A stretch of 64,000 nt of DNA from Octopus vulgaris (lineage: Eukaryota), in NCBI GenBank assembly GCA_951406725.2, contig OX597815.1:199392001-199456000 (forward strand), written 5' to 3'. The notes beneath the pieces are model-generated. The model was not told the origin of the DNA. It was given only the letters and a program-made list of their open reading frames with translations, and made no database searches. This document shows positions 1 to 13,802 of the stretch, piece by piece (the first letter of the stretch is position 1; each line of letters starts with the position of its first letter). The position numbers were made by a program, and so were the translations under genes.

Positions 1-224
1 TATTCTGCTTTTATTTCGTGAATCCACGTAGAATATAGGGGAAAATAAAATCTATATTGCGTACATATCCTTCTTTTTTTGTTCTTTTGTGTGCATTTTT
101 ATTATTTTTTTTTTTCAAGCATTTCCACTGAAGGCTTTAAGGTGTCTTAATAAAAGAGAATATTTTATATATGCCAGCAGTTTAGACATGCACGCTTTGA
201 AACTCACACACGAATACTCACGCA

Positions 225-277
225 GCTGACACACACACACACACACACAAAGAGAGGTGTACATGTGTATGTGCATA

Positions 278-321
<44 letters not shown>

Positions 322-475
322 TGTGCGTGACAGTGTTTTCTTTTATGTATATCTCTATTCAAAATTACCACCAACGTATTTACGTTTCCCTTTATTTCTT
401 TTCAAGTTGATCTGCAAGGTTAAACTGACATTTCTCTTCAAATCTGTGAAAATTTGCTTTGTTTTGCTTTGTGAG

Positions 476-550
<75 letters not shown>
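225..550. repeat. (CA)n, (TG)n and (CT)n microsatellites
   Basis: Direct reading of dinucleotide runs. Confidence 0.95.
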
Positions 551-552
<2 letters not shown>

Positions 553-731
553 TCCCCCACTCCTTCTCTCGCTCGCTTTCACAGGGAATATTTGGTAGAT
601 TTCCAGTTCCCGCTCCATAAACACATATTTAATCTTCATTTTTGGGCTTATGTCTACGCGCACACACATCTCCACAACACACGCAATCATATATATATAT
701 ATATATATACATACATGTGCGTATACATCTG

Positions 732-986
732 TGTATGTATGTATGTATGTATGTATGTATGTATGTATGTATGTATGTATGTATGTATGTATGTATGTAT
801 GTGTGTGTGTATGTATGTATGTATGTATGTATGTATGTATGTATGTATGTATGTGTGTGTGTATGTATGTATGTATGTATGTGTGTGTGTATGTATGTAT
901 GTATGTATGTGTGTGTGTATGTATGTATGTATGTATGTATGTATGTGTGTGTATGTATGTATGTATGTATGTATGCATGTATGTAT

Positions 987-1046
<60 letters not shown>

Positions 1047-1108
1047 GCGCGCGCACGCACGCACGCACGCACGTGCGCACGCACGCACGCACGCACGCAC
1101 GCACACGC

Positions 1109-1141
<33 letters not shown>

Positions 1142-1144
1142 CGT

Positions 1145-1176
<32 letters not shown>

Positions 1177-1178
1177 GC

Positions 1179-1211
<33 letters not shown>

Positions 1212-1217
1212 TCGCGC

Positions 1218-1250
<33 letters not shown>

Positions 1251-1261
1251 CGTGCGCACGC

Positions 1262-1298
<37 letters not shown>

Positions 1299-1377
1299 TG
1301 TGCGCACGCGCGCACGCACGCACGCACGCACGCGCGCACGCACGCGCGCGCGCGCACGCACGCACGCACGCACGCGC

Positions 1378-1417
<40 letters not shown>

Positions 1418-1419
1418 GC

Positions 1420-1455
<36 letters not shown>

Positions 1456-1670
1456 GTGTGTGTGTATGTATGTATGTATGTATGTGTGTGTATGTATGTA
1501 TGTATGTATGTATGTATGTATGTGTGTATTTATGTATGTATGTATGTATGTATGTGTGTGTGTGTATGTATGTATGTATGTATGTATGTATGTGTGTGTG
1601 TATGTATGTATGTATGTATGTATGTATGTATGTATGTATGTGTATGTATGTATGTATGTGTGTATGCATC
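732..1670. repeat. Compound tetranucleotide satellite (GTAT)n-(GCAC)n-(GTAT)n
   Basis: (GTAT)n with (GT) interruptions at 732-986 and 1457-1670; (GCAC)n with (GC) interruptions at 987-1456. Confidence 0.95.
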
Positions 1671-2222
1671 TGTGTATATATGTATGTCGTACGTATATGT
1701 GTGTGTTTGTCCGTATGTCTATGCACATGTAGTAGTAAATAGAAGCGGGTGTATATAGACATTGCATCTGTGGTTCATCTAAATGAGGAATTTGGTCACC
1801 GAGCGTGCTCAACGCTTCAACAGGTAACCGGTAACATGACGTGTGTATATGGGAATGAAAGGATTTGAATATACGAATATCCATGTGTGGTTGTGTGTAT
1901 ACATACATACGTACCCACAAACATATACGTTCACATAAAAAACACACACATATAATAAATATGTGTGCATGCATTCAAGGGTTCGGGAGCAAGGGGCGGG
2001 GAACAGAGGGCGCACTTGCACAGACTAAAATTTTACGTGGGGTAAAAAAAATTTGATATTGTACCCCCTACTTACTTTTCTCGGGCTTCAAACTTTCTCA
2101 ATGTTTAAAAATTAATCTGTAAGATGGTGGATGAAGTTAGGTTTCTTCACAAAATAACAACAAAGAAATAAAATAAATAACCCCCCAAACAAACAAAAAA
2201 AACATCCCTAGAAAGATATATT

Positions 2223-2413
2223 ACCACATGGTCCCGGAGTTCAGTCCCACTGCGTGGCACCTTGGGCAACTGTCTTCTACTATTGCTTCGGGATACTACA
2301 ACCTCGGGCTAAGCCTTCTGAGTGGATTTGTTAGACGGAAACTGAAAGAAGCATGTCGTATATATGTGTGTGTGTGCGTGCGTGTGTGTGTGTGTGCGTG
2401 TGTGTGTGTGTGC

Positions 2414-2489
<76 letters not shown>

Positions 2490-2594
2490 ACCAACATGGC
2501 TTCACAACCGATGCTGGTGCGCTTACATCACCGTAACATAGCGGTTCGGCGGAAGATACTGCGTGCGTGTGTGTGTGTGTGCGTGTATGTGTGT

Positions 2595-2638
<44 letters not shown>

Positions 2639-2856
2639 TTGTGTGTGTTTGTGTGTGTGTGTCCACCAACATGGCTTGACAACCAATGCTGGTGCGTTTA
2701 TATCCCCCGTAACATAGCGGTTCGACGAAAGAGACCGATAGAGTAAGTACCAGGCTTTACAAAGAATAAGTCCTGGGGTCGACTAGTTCGACTAAAAAGG
2801 TGGTGCTCCAGCATAGCCGCATTCAAATGACTGAAACAAATAAGAGAATAAAAGAA
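2223..2856 (+). mobile_element. SINE family A (tRNA-derived, internal microsatellite), with internal partial duplication
   Basis: B-box-like GAGTTCAGTCC, CACCTTGGGCAA, (TG)n, tail ...CTCCAGCATAGCCGCATTCAAATGACTGAAAC; matches >20 other copies in the window. Confidence 0.85.
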
Positions 2857-3107
2857 TACTGGCCTGAAACATCCTCAACATTAAAATTACAACTAAAATT
2901 ATGTACTAGCACAACTGATGAACTCTTAAACGCCACAATCAAAAGCCCTTCACAGTTCTGCTATCCACTTGCTTATTCCTTCAGAATATCACAAGTGGCC
3001 CTTTATCCTCATTGTCCTTATTTTCGACTGGTACTACCCTTACCACAACTAAACAACAGCAACAACAAAATCAGCATGGGAAGTCACTCTTTAATACTAG
3101 AACAATT

Positions 3108-3958
3108 GAAACGCTAGCACGCGAGCTGGAAGAATCGTGAGCACGCCGGGCGAAATGCTCAGCGGTATTTTGTCTGCCGTTACGTTCTGAGTTCAAAGTC
3201 CGCCGAGGCCGACTCTACCTTTCATCCTTTCGGGGTCGATAAATTAAGTACCAGTTATGCACTGGGGTCGATATAACTGACTTAATCCGTTTGTCTGTCC
3301 TAGTTTGTCCTCTCTGTGTTTAGCCCCTTGTGGGTAGTAAAAAATAGGTATTTTGTCTGCCCCTACGTTCTGAGCTCAAATTCCGCCGAGGCCGACTTTA
3401 CCTTTCATCCTTTCGGGGTCGATAAATTAAGTACCAGTTATGCACTGGGGTCGATATAACTGACTTAATCCGTTTGTCTGTCCTAGTTTGTCCTCTCTGT
3501 GTTTAGCCCCTTGTGGGTAGTAAAAAATAGGTATTTTGTCTGCCCCTACGTTCTGAGCTCAAATTCCGCCGAGGCCGACTTTACCTTTCATCCTTTCGGG
3601 GTCGATAAATTAAGTACCAGTTATGCACTGGGGTCGATATAACTGACTTAATCCGTTTGTCTGTCCTAGTTTGTCCTCTCTGTGTTTAGCCCCTTGTGGG
3701 TAGTAAAAAATAGGTATTTTGTCTGCCCCTACGTTCTGAGCTCAAATTCCGCCGAGGTCGACTTTGCCTTTCATCCTTTCGGGGTCAATAAATTAAGTAC
3801 CAGTTATGCACTGGGGTCGATGTAATCGACTTAAACCGTTTGTCTGTCCTTTGTCCTCTCTGTGTTTAGCCCCTTGTGGGTAGTAAAAAGTAGGTATTTT
3901 GTCTGCCGTTACGTTCTGAGTTCAAATTCCGCCGAGGTCGACTTTGCCTTTCATCCTT
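3108..3958 (+). mobile_element. SINE family B, head plus 4 full and 1 partial ~182-bp tandem units
   Basis: GAGCTGG.AGAA A-box-like head, GAGTTCAAATTCC B-box, units restart at GGTATTTTGTCTG (~3164, 3347, 3530, 3713, 3893). Confidence 0.9.
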
Positions 3959-4120
3959 TGATTTATAACTTTTAGTTTTGAACGCCTGACTAAATTTATG
4001 TGGGCTGGGATTATACAAAGCAGTGTCAATGACTTCTTTTTGTTGTGTAGCTGTTCATTGATCTTTAAGTTCGGTCACGGTACTCATTTCTATTGAAGTA
4101 CTCATTTCAAGGGCAGCTAA

Positions 4121-4344
4121 CCCATTAAGTCTCAGTGTCCTTTAAATAGGACACTAAATGAGAACATTAAATAAGCTAAAACATATTGTCGCAGTGACCT
4201 AATTTTAGGACACCGAGTATTTCCAATTCTACTTGAAGTAATGGAGTTTTAATAAATATTTTTTTTCATTTTAACCTATTTTCAATCATCTGTAAAAATT
4301 TTAAAGTAATATTCAGAAATTTAAGTACTCTGGGACTTAATGGT
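4121..4344. mobile_element. piggyBac-like MITE (degenerate)
   Basis: TIRs CCCATTAAGTCTCAG / CTGGGACTTAATGGT with degenerate TTAA-like flanks. Confidence 0.55.
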
Positions 4345-4375
4345 TTGAACGTATTAAAGTCAGTAAATCGACGAT

Positions 4376-4766
4376 CTGGTAGAAACGTTAGCACGCCGGG
4401 CGAAATGCTTAGCAGTATTTTGTCTGCCGCTACGTTCTGAGTTCAAATTCCGCCGAGGTCGACTTTGCTTTTCATCCTTTCGAGGTCGATTAAATATGTA
4501 CCAGTTACGCACTGGGGTCGATATAATTGACTTAATGCGTTTGTCTGTCCGCGTTTGTCCCCTCTGTATTTAGCCCCTTGTGTTTGGTAAAGAAATAGGT
4601 ATTTCGTCAGTCTTTACGTTCTGAGTTCAAATTCCGCTGGGGTCGACTTTGCCTTTCATCCTTTCAGGGTTGATAAATTAAGTACAAGTTAAGTAAGTAC
4701 TGGGATCGATCTAATCGACTGGCCCCCTCTCCAAAATATCCGGGCTTCGTGCCTCGAGTAGAAAAG
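4376..4766 (+). mobile_element. SINE family B, 2 units, variant tail
   Basis: Same head/body; AATACTAGAACAATT duplicated at 3093-3107 and 4767-4781. Confidence 0.85.
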
Positions 4767-5185
4767 AATACTAGAACAATTTGATGACCTATTAAACTCC
4801 ACGGCCAAGAACCCTTCACAGCCTAGCTATCCACTTCCTCATTTTCCTTGAATACTATAACCGATCCATCATCATCATCATCATTGCCATCATGTTCTAC
4901 TGTTACTACTACCCTTACCACAACAAAACAATAGCAACAACAAGGTCAGCATGGGAAGTCACTCTGTACTAGAACAATTGTTGATCTATTAAACAACATA
5001 TTGTCCCTAGCTCTTCTCCACAGTCAGGCCACTGAAGTTCATCTCAGAATAACACAAGAGATCCATCATCACTATCGTTGTCCTAGTCTACTGCTGCTAC
5101 CATTGCCACTACTACTACTACTACTCTGATTAGTAGTGAAGAATCACTCCTTTCTTCCCCCCACTCTCCACCTCAATCTGAATGA

Positions 5186-6160
5186 ATACCTATTTCCTTA
5201 TTACCCACAAGGGGCTAAACATAGAGGGGACAAACAAGGACAGACACACGAATTAAGTCGATTACATCGACCCCAGTGCGTAACTGGTACTTAATTTATC
5301 GACCCCGAAAGGATGAAAACTAAAGTTGACCTCGGCGGAATTTGAACTCACAACGTAGCAAAAGACGAAATACCTATTTCTTTACTACCCACAAGGGGCT
5401 AAACACAGACAGAACAAACAAGGACAGACAAACGGATTAAGTCGATTACATCGACCCCAGTGCGTAACTGGTGCTTAATTTATCGACCCCGAAAGGATGA
5501 AAGGCAAAGTTGACCTCGGCGGAATTTGAACTCACAACGTAGCAAAAGACGAAATACCTATTTCTTTACTACCCACAAGGGGCTAAACACAGACGGGACA
5601 AACAGGGACAGACAAACGGATTAAGTCGATTACATCGACCCCAGTGCGTAACTGGTACTTAATTTATCGACCCCGAAAGGATGAAAGGCAAAGTCGACCT
5701 CGGCGGAATTTGAACTCACAACGTAACGCAGACGAAATACCTATTTCTTTATTACCCACAAGGGGCTAAACATAGAGGGGACAAACAAGAACAGACATAG
5801 GTATTAAGTCGATTACATCGACCCCAGTGCGTAACTGGTACTTAATTTATCGACCCCGAAAGGATGAAAGGTAAAGTTGACCTCGGCGGAATTTGAACTC
5901 ACAACGTAGCAAAAGACGAAATACCTATTTCTTTACTACCCACAAGGGGCTAAACACAGACGGGACAAACAAGGACAGACAAACGGATTAAGTCGATTAC
6001 ATCGACCCCAGTGCGTAACTGGTACTTAATTTATCGACCCCGAAAGGATGAAAGGCAAAGTCGACCTCGGCGGAATTTGAACTCACAACGTAACGCAGAC
6101 GAAATACCGCCAAGCATTTCGCCCGGCGCGCTGACGGTTCTGCCAGCTCTCCGACTTAAC
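5186..6160 (-). mobile_element. SINE family B array, head plus 5 units
   Basis: Reverse-complement units; 14-bp TSD CTGAATGAATACCT at 5178-5191 and 6161-6174. Confidence 0.9.
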
Positions 6161-6214
6161 CTGAATGAATACCTGACAGCTCCATGATAAATCTGCTAAC
6201 TCTTCTTTTTTTTT

Positions 6215-7130
<916 letters not shown>

Positions 7131-7164
7131 GCAAAGGATTTAAATGATAATTGTATACAATATT

Positions 7165-7430
7165 TTTTGAAATACAGTATGAGAGTATTTATGTATTTAC
7201 TATGGATCAACACTAATAATACGGAATGTTTTGGACAGAAATATTTTATTACAACGAAGCTACTGGAGGAAATCCCTTAAGAGATATTGCAGTCTTTACT
7301 CTTAATTCCTTAATTCCTTATCTGATTCAAATGTTGAGGTGGAAATATTATTCAGAAGCATGAATTGTCGAATAAGATGAATTGTGAAATAAGATGCAAG
7401 TACCAACGCTTCGAGCTGTTCTCCCTGTAA
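7165..7430 (+). pseudogene. Decayed hAT transposase C-terminal dimerisation region
   Basis: Frameshifted translation WINTNNTE.FWTEIFYYNEATGGNPLRDIAVFTLN...SNVEVEILFRSMN resembles FW...LP.SNAEVER.FS.MN of hAT transposases. Confidence 0.65.
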
Positions 7431-7914
7431 AATATGACCCTTATACGACATGATAAATACTGCAAAGATTATTGTTTACCTGAAGCGATACTAAATAAAA
7501 TTAGCACAATGGACACATAGCTAACTCAGAATACAAAAGCAGTCAACGATTTTGCTTCTTGGTTTGTTTGTTTGTTTGTTTAGATATAATAAATACCATA
7601 AATAAATCAGCATCTAACAAAGGTTTAATCTATGTTTCTTTTAAAATACAGTAACCAACGTCGTTTACACGACTTTGCTTTTCATTCTTCCACGATTGGT
7701 AAAATGAAATACTTATTCGAATTCTGGGGTCAGCGTGATCGACTAAACACCAGAATTCAAATTTCTGATCTTGTACCAACATTGATATCTACTTTTCTTT
7801 CTTGTTTTGTATTTTTAGGATATTTTTTCTCTTTTATTCTTCATTTGTTTCAGACATTAGACTGCGGTCAAGCTGGGGCACCACTTTGAAGGATTTAGTC
7901 GAACATATCGACCC

Positions 7915-8365
<451 letters not shown>

Positions 8366-8501
8366 TCATATTTTTTTATTTTTGTAAGCCTAATACTTAT
8401 AAGTATTCTATTCGTTACATTTTGTCGAATCGGTAATTTACGAGCGGCTATCAAACGGTGGGGGAGGCCAAACACAAACTCTCTATCCTCCTCTCCTTCT
8501 G

Positions 8502-8572
<71 letters not shown>

Positions 8573-8577
8573 CATAC

Positions 8578-8742
8578 AGGTGCAGGAGTGGCTATGTGGT
8601 AAGTAGCTTGCTTACGAAGTTCATGGTTCCGGGTTCAGTCCCACTGCGTGGCACCTTGGGCAAGTGTCTTCTACTATAGCCTCGGGTCGACCAAAGCCTT
8701 GTGAGTGATTTGGTAGACGGAAACTGAAAGAAGCCCGTCGTA

Positions 8743-8790
<48 letters not shown>

Positions 8791-9022
8791 CGTGTGTGTG
8801 TGTGTGTGTCTAACATCGCTTGACAACCGATGCTGGTGTGTTTACATCCACGTAACTTAGCGGTTCGGCAAAAGAGACCGATAGAATAAGTACTAGGCTT
8901 ACAAAGAATAAGTCCTGGTGGGGGTCGATTTTAGTTAGTTAGTTAGTTAGTTACTCGATTTTACTCGACTACAGGTCGTGCTCTAGCATGGCCGCAGTCA
9001 AATGACTAAAACAAGTAAATGA
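8578..9022 (+). mobile_element. SINE family A, full length
   Basis: GGTGCAGGAGTGGCTATGTGGT A-box, GGTTCAGTCC B-box, internal microsatellite, tail. Confidence 0.9.
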
Positions 9023-9738
9023 GTGAAAGATATCCTACGTGCTTCCACAGTTTCCTTCAACCAAATTCTCTCAAAAGACTTTGGATCAGCCCGGGGCAAT
9101 TACAAGTCATCTGCCCCAAGGTGCCACTCTGTGGGACTGAACCCCGAACCATGTAGTTCGCATAGAAACTATTTCCCATTTAGCCACTCCTTTTTTTTTT
9201 TTTTTTTCCTGTCTGAAGTCTTTCAATAAACTCTTCGATTTTTTATTACCCACCAGGGGCGACGGAGAGGGGACATTACAAAACATTGGGGACATAGAAC
9301 ATTATAATTAATAATATGAAACTGAATTATTAAATGAAAAAATGATAATATGAAAGCGATGCTAACGGCCCCATCCGCCAGCATCACTTACCTGTCCTCT
9401 TTCAATAAGCTCTTATGTAGCCGCGTTGCCTCTAATCTAGTCTTACTCTTGTTAAAACAAATGATGCAACTAATTCCATTTTATGGTGTTTTTTCCTTTC
9501 TTTGCTTATTTGCTGCGCATGTCTTATCGTTTTGTGTAAATATTACTAAATACGTACGTATTTTTCTTCATTGCAATGCTGGCGCTACATTTGCTGCGAT
9601 TATTGCTGTCGTCAAACCTTAAATCCGCTTTGATTGTAGAGACTTATGCTTGAAAATATTCTACTCATTTTTATCCATCTTCTTTTTTCTCCTTTCGTCA
9701 CGAAATATCCAGGATATCATTATTTCAAGTGTGCTTTT

Positions 9739-10361
9739 GGGGCTACACACAGAGGGGACAAACAAGGACAGACAAAGGGATTAAGTCGATTATATCGACT
9801 CCAGAACGTAACTGGTACTTAATAAGGCGGCGAGCAGGCAGAAACGTTAGCACGCCGGGCGAAATGCGTAGCCGTATTTCGTCTGCCGTTACGTTCTGAG
9901 TTCAAACTCCGCCGAGGTTGACTTTGCCTTTCATCCTTTCAGGGTCGATTAAATAAGTACCAGTTACGCACTGGGGTCGATATAATCGACTTAATACCTA
10001 TGTCTGTCCTTGTTTGTCCCCTCTATGTTTAGCCCCTTGTGGGTAATAAAGAAATAGGTATTTCGTCTGCCGTTACGTCCTGAGTTCAAATTCCGCCGAG
10101 GTCGACTTTGCCTTTCATCCTTTCGGGGTCGATAAATTAAGTACCAGTTACGCACTGGGGTCGATATAATCGACTCAATCTGTTTATATGTACTTGTTTG
10201 TCCTCTCTGTGTTTAGCCCCTTGTGAGTAGTAAAGAAATAGCTACTTAATGACAACTGGCACTTAATGAAAGGCGGAATTTGAACTCAGAACGTAACGGC
10301 AGACGAAATACTGCTAAGCATTTCGCCCGGCACGCTAACGTTTCTACCAGCTAGCCGCCTT
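9739..10361 (-). mobile_element. SINE B (minus) interrupted by a plus-strand 2-unit SINE B at 9824-10241
   Basis: TSD G(G/C)TACTTAAT at 9814-9823 and 10241-10250. Confidence 0.85.
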
Positions 10362-10409
10362 AAATTAGGAAAGATTTCAACAGAAAAATCAGACTAATAT
10401 TCTTTTCTC

Positions 10410-10862
10410 GGCGGAGTTTGAACGCAGAACATAGACAGAAGAAATACCTATTTCTTTACTACCCACAAGGGGCTAAACACAGAGGGGACAAACAAGGACA
10501 GACAAACGGATTAAATCGATTATATCGACCCCTTTGCGTAACTGATACTTATTTAATCGACCCCGAAAGGATGAAATGCAAAGTCGACCTCGGTGGAATT
10601 TGAACTCAGAACGTAGCGGCAGACGAAATACTTATTTCTTTACTACCCACAAGGGGCTAAACATAGAGGGGGCAAACAAGGACAAACATAGGTATTAAGT
10701 CGATTACATCGACTCCAGTGCGTGACTGGTACTTAATTTATCGAGCCCGAAAGGATGAAAGGCAAAGTCGAACTCGGCGGAATTTGAACTCAGAACGTAA
10801 CGGCAGACGAAATACTGCTAAGCATTTCGCCCGGCGTGCTAACGTTTCTGCCATCTCGCAGC
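10410..10862 (-). mobile_element. SINE family B, 2+ units
   Basis: Reverse-complement units and head. Confidence 0.85.
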
Positions 10863-11372
10863 TTTTAACAATTATTTCTAGCCGGTCGTGTAACTACGCA
10901 GATACTCCCTAGTCGATTCGTACTGAACCAGTGTTTTCGTTTTTTGTAAGAAAAATTCCTATGAGTGCAGGAGCGTTTTCTTTCAAGTAATTCAAGCTTT
11001 ATGATTTTTGTTGTTATTGTTGTTACAGTTGCTGTTTAAACCCCTACTTAGCCTTGTTTGAGTAGAATTACTTTGGAGGAAGTAGTACCTAATTTAGAGT
11101 GTGTGTGCGTGTGTGTTCATGCCATTCAAATAGCTCTAGTCGTTTGCCCTGCATCATGGCTTTTGATCCAGAATCAAAGCGTTTTCAACACGGTCACATA
11201 GGACTACTCTATGTACTGTGTCCTTTCTCGAAGACGATAGAGTTTAATACAGTATAACTTGTTCCATGATCGATCGGTAACTAAACAAGCATCCAGTCAA
11301 GCTCGTTTATGAGGATCTACAGGATGGAAACCAAAACCTTTCAAGAGTCAGATGAATTCAAAGGAATTAGTG

Positions 11373-12068
<696 letters not shown>

Positions 12069-12142
12069 AAATTAAAAACAAATATATAATTAGTTAATTA
12101 TACTTATGTGGTTAAGTTACCTTAATGACTATTTTGATTCCA

Positions 12143-12192
12143 TTTTAGCACATCCAGAGACGTTTCGGTATTTCCTGACCTCCTCAGTAAAA
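12143..12192 (-). ncRNA. Minimal hammerhead-ribozyme-like core
   Basis: Minus strand UUUUA-CUGAGGA-GGU(caggaaau)ACC-GAAA-CG-UC; canonical core but weak stem I. Confidence 0.45.
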
Positions 12193-12452
12193 CTTACTTT
12201 TCTCCATTGTTACCATATAAACGATAAAGGCAATGATTATATTGATGTAGAATAATGTGCACGAAAAAGCGTTGAATATTATCATAATGACTCGAGAAAG
12301 TTGCTCAGAGACACGATCTGCACGCATAATAAGCGTCAAGTTGATACCATCATACTTAACGAAGCGAGAAAAGCCGAACTCCGACACTTCGTGCTAGCTG
12401 ATTGTAAAACCGAAAGCGCCATATTTGTCTCTGTGAGTGTGTTTGCAATTGA

Positions 12453-13250
12453 ATGTGTGTGTGTGGAAATATGTATGTATATATGTATGTATGTATGTAT
12501 GTATATATGCACGCTTGCATGCATGCATATATATATGTATGCACATATATATGTATGTATCTATTTATGTATGCATGCATGTATGAGTGCATTTAAATAT
12601 GTATGCATGTATGTATGCATGCATGTTTGTATGCGTGTATGTATGTATGTATATATGTATGTATGATTGTGTATTTGTATATGTATGTATACATGTATGT
12701 ATGTGTATGTACATGTATGTATGTGTGTATGTGTGTATGCACATGTATGTATGTATGTATGTATGCTTGCATGCATGCACCTATGTATGCATGTTTGTAT
12801 GTATGTATGTATGTGTATGTGTGTATATATGTATGCATGCATGTATGTGTGTATGTATGTATGTATACATGCATGCATGTTTGTATGTATGTATGTGTAT
12901 GTGTGTATATATGTATGCATGTATGTATGTGTGTATGTACATGCATGTATGTATGTGTGTATGCACATGTGTGTATGTATGTATGTATGTATGTATGTAG
13001 ATATGTATGTATGCATGTATGTATGTATGTATGTATGTATGTATGTATGTATGTATGTATGTATGTATGTATGTATGTATGTATGTATGTATGTATGTAT
13101 GTATGTATGTATGTCTGCATGCATGTATGTATGTATGTATGTATGTATGTATGTATGTATGTATGTATGTATGTATGTATGTATGTATGTATGTATGTAT
13201 GTATGTATGTATGATCTGTGCTTTTGTGTACTCACACGCACGCACGCACG
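12453..13250. repeat. Degenerate (TATG)n satellite
   Basis: Direct reading. Confidence 0.95.
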
Positions 13251-13707
13251 CAACTCGTAAAAGAAGACTTAAAGAAACAACTTATTTTGTTAAATTTTTA
13301 TTTTTTTCTTTTAAGATTTCTTATATAACTAGCTCCATTTCTATAGTCAAATGACGATCTGTTCTGCCATATTCCTGCTAAATTTTTTTGAAGAGCTAAT
13401 GCCTACTTGAAAAAAAAACAAAACAAAATGGCGAATCTGCACGGAGTGTGTTGGTAGGTTCTCGGTGTTTTTGGTTTCTATCCTATATTTATTTCTACGT
13501 TTGTTTATATGTTTAGTTGGCCGCTTGAGTGGCTTCACTCAATGCTCTTATCGCTCAAGAATCTTGTGCCTAATTAAGCAAACGTTAAATCTTATTCTAT
13601 TTATTTAGTTTGTTAATACTGTTGTTGTTGTTGTTGTTGTTAGTGTGTTTGCGTGTTTATTTATTTATTCATTTTTTTTTTTGCATTATTTTCTTTTTTT
13701 AATACAG

Positions 13708-13802
13708 GATTGGTTTAGTTTACGGAAATCGGAAAATTGAATGGCTTCTCTGATGCAAAGAAATTTATCCGTCTTATTTTAGAATCCGAAGCATTTACTT
13801 TG
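13708..13802 (+). other. Candidate non-coding exon (95 nt)
   Basis: Long polypyrimidine tract + TACAG|G acceptor; TTG|GTATGT donor; stops in all three frames. Confidence 0.35.

Larger units (their letters stand above)
2904..5150 (+). repeat. Degenerate ~200-bp tandem repeat interrupted by a SINE-B composite insertion
   Basis: TACTAG.ACAA.TGATGA...CCCTTACCACAAC...CAGCATGGGAAGTCACTCT recurs at ~2904-3092 and ~4769-4965, partial from ~4967. Confidence 0.7.

Noticed and set aside
355-1974. 539-aa ORF and other long ORFs (YIHT, ACVR, YI, CV repeats)
   Set aside because: Stop-free translations of microsatellites, open in several frames and on both strands; no domain signal.
3164-3958. Regular ~182-bp array as a CRISPR array
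   Set aside because: Whole units repeat with no unique spacers, there are no cas genes, and the context is eukaryotic SINE.
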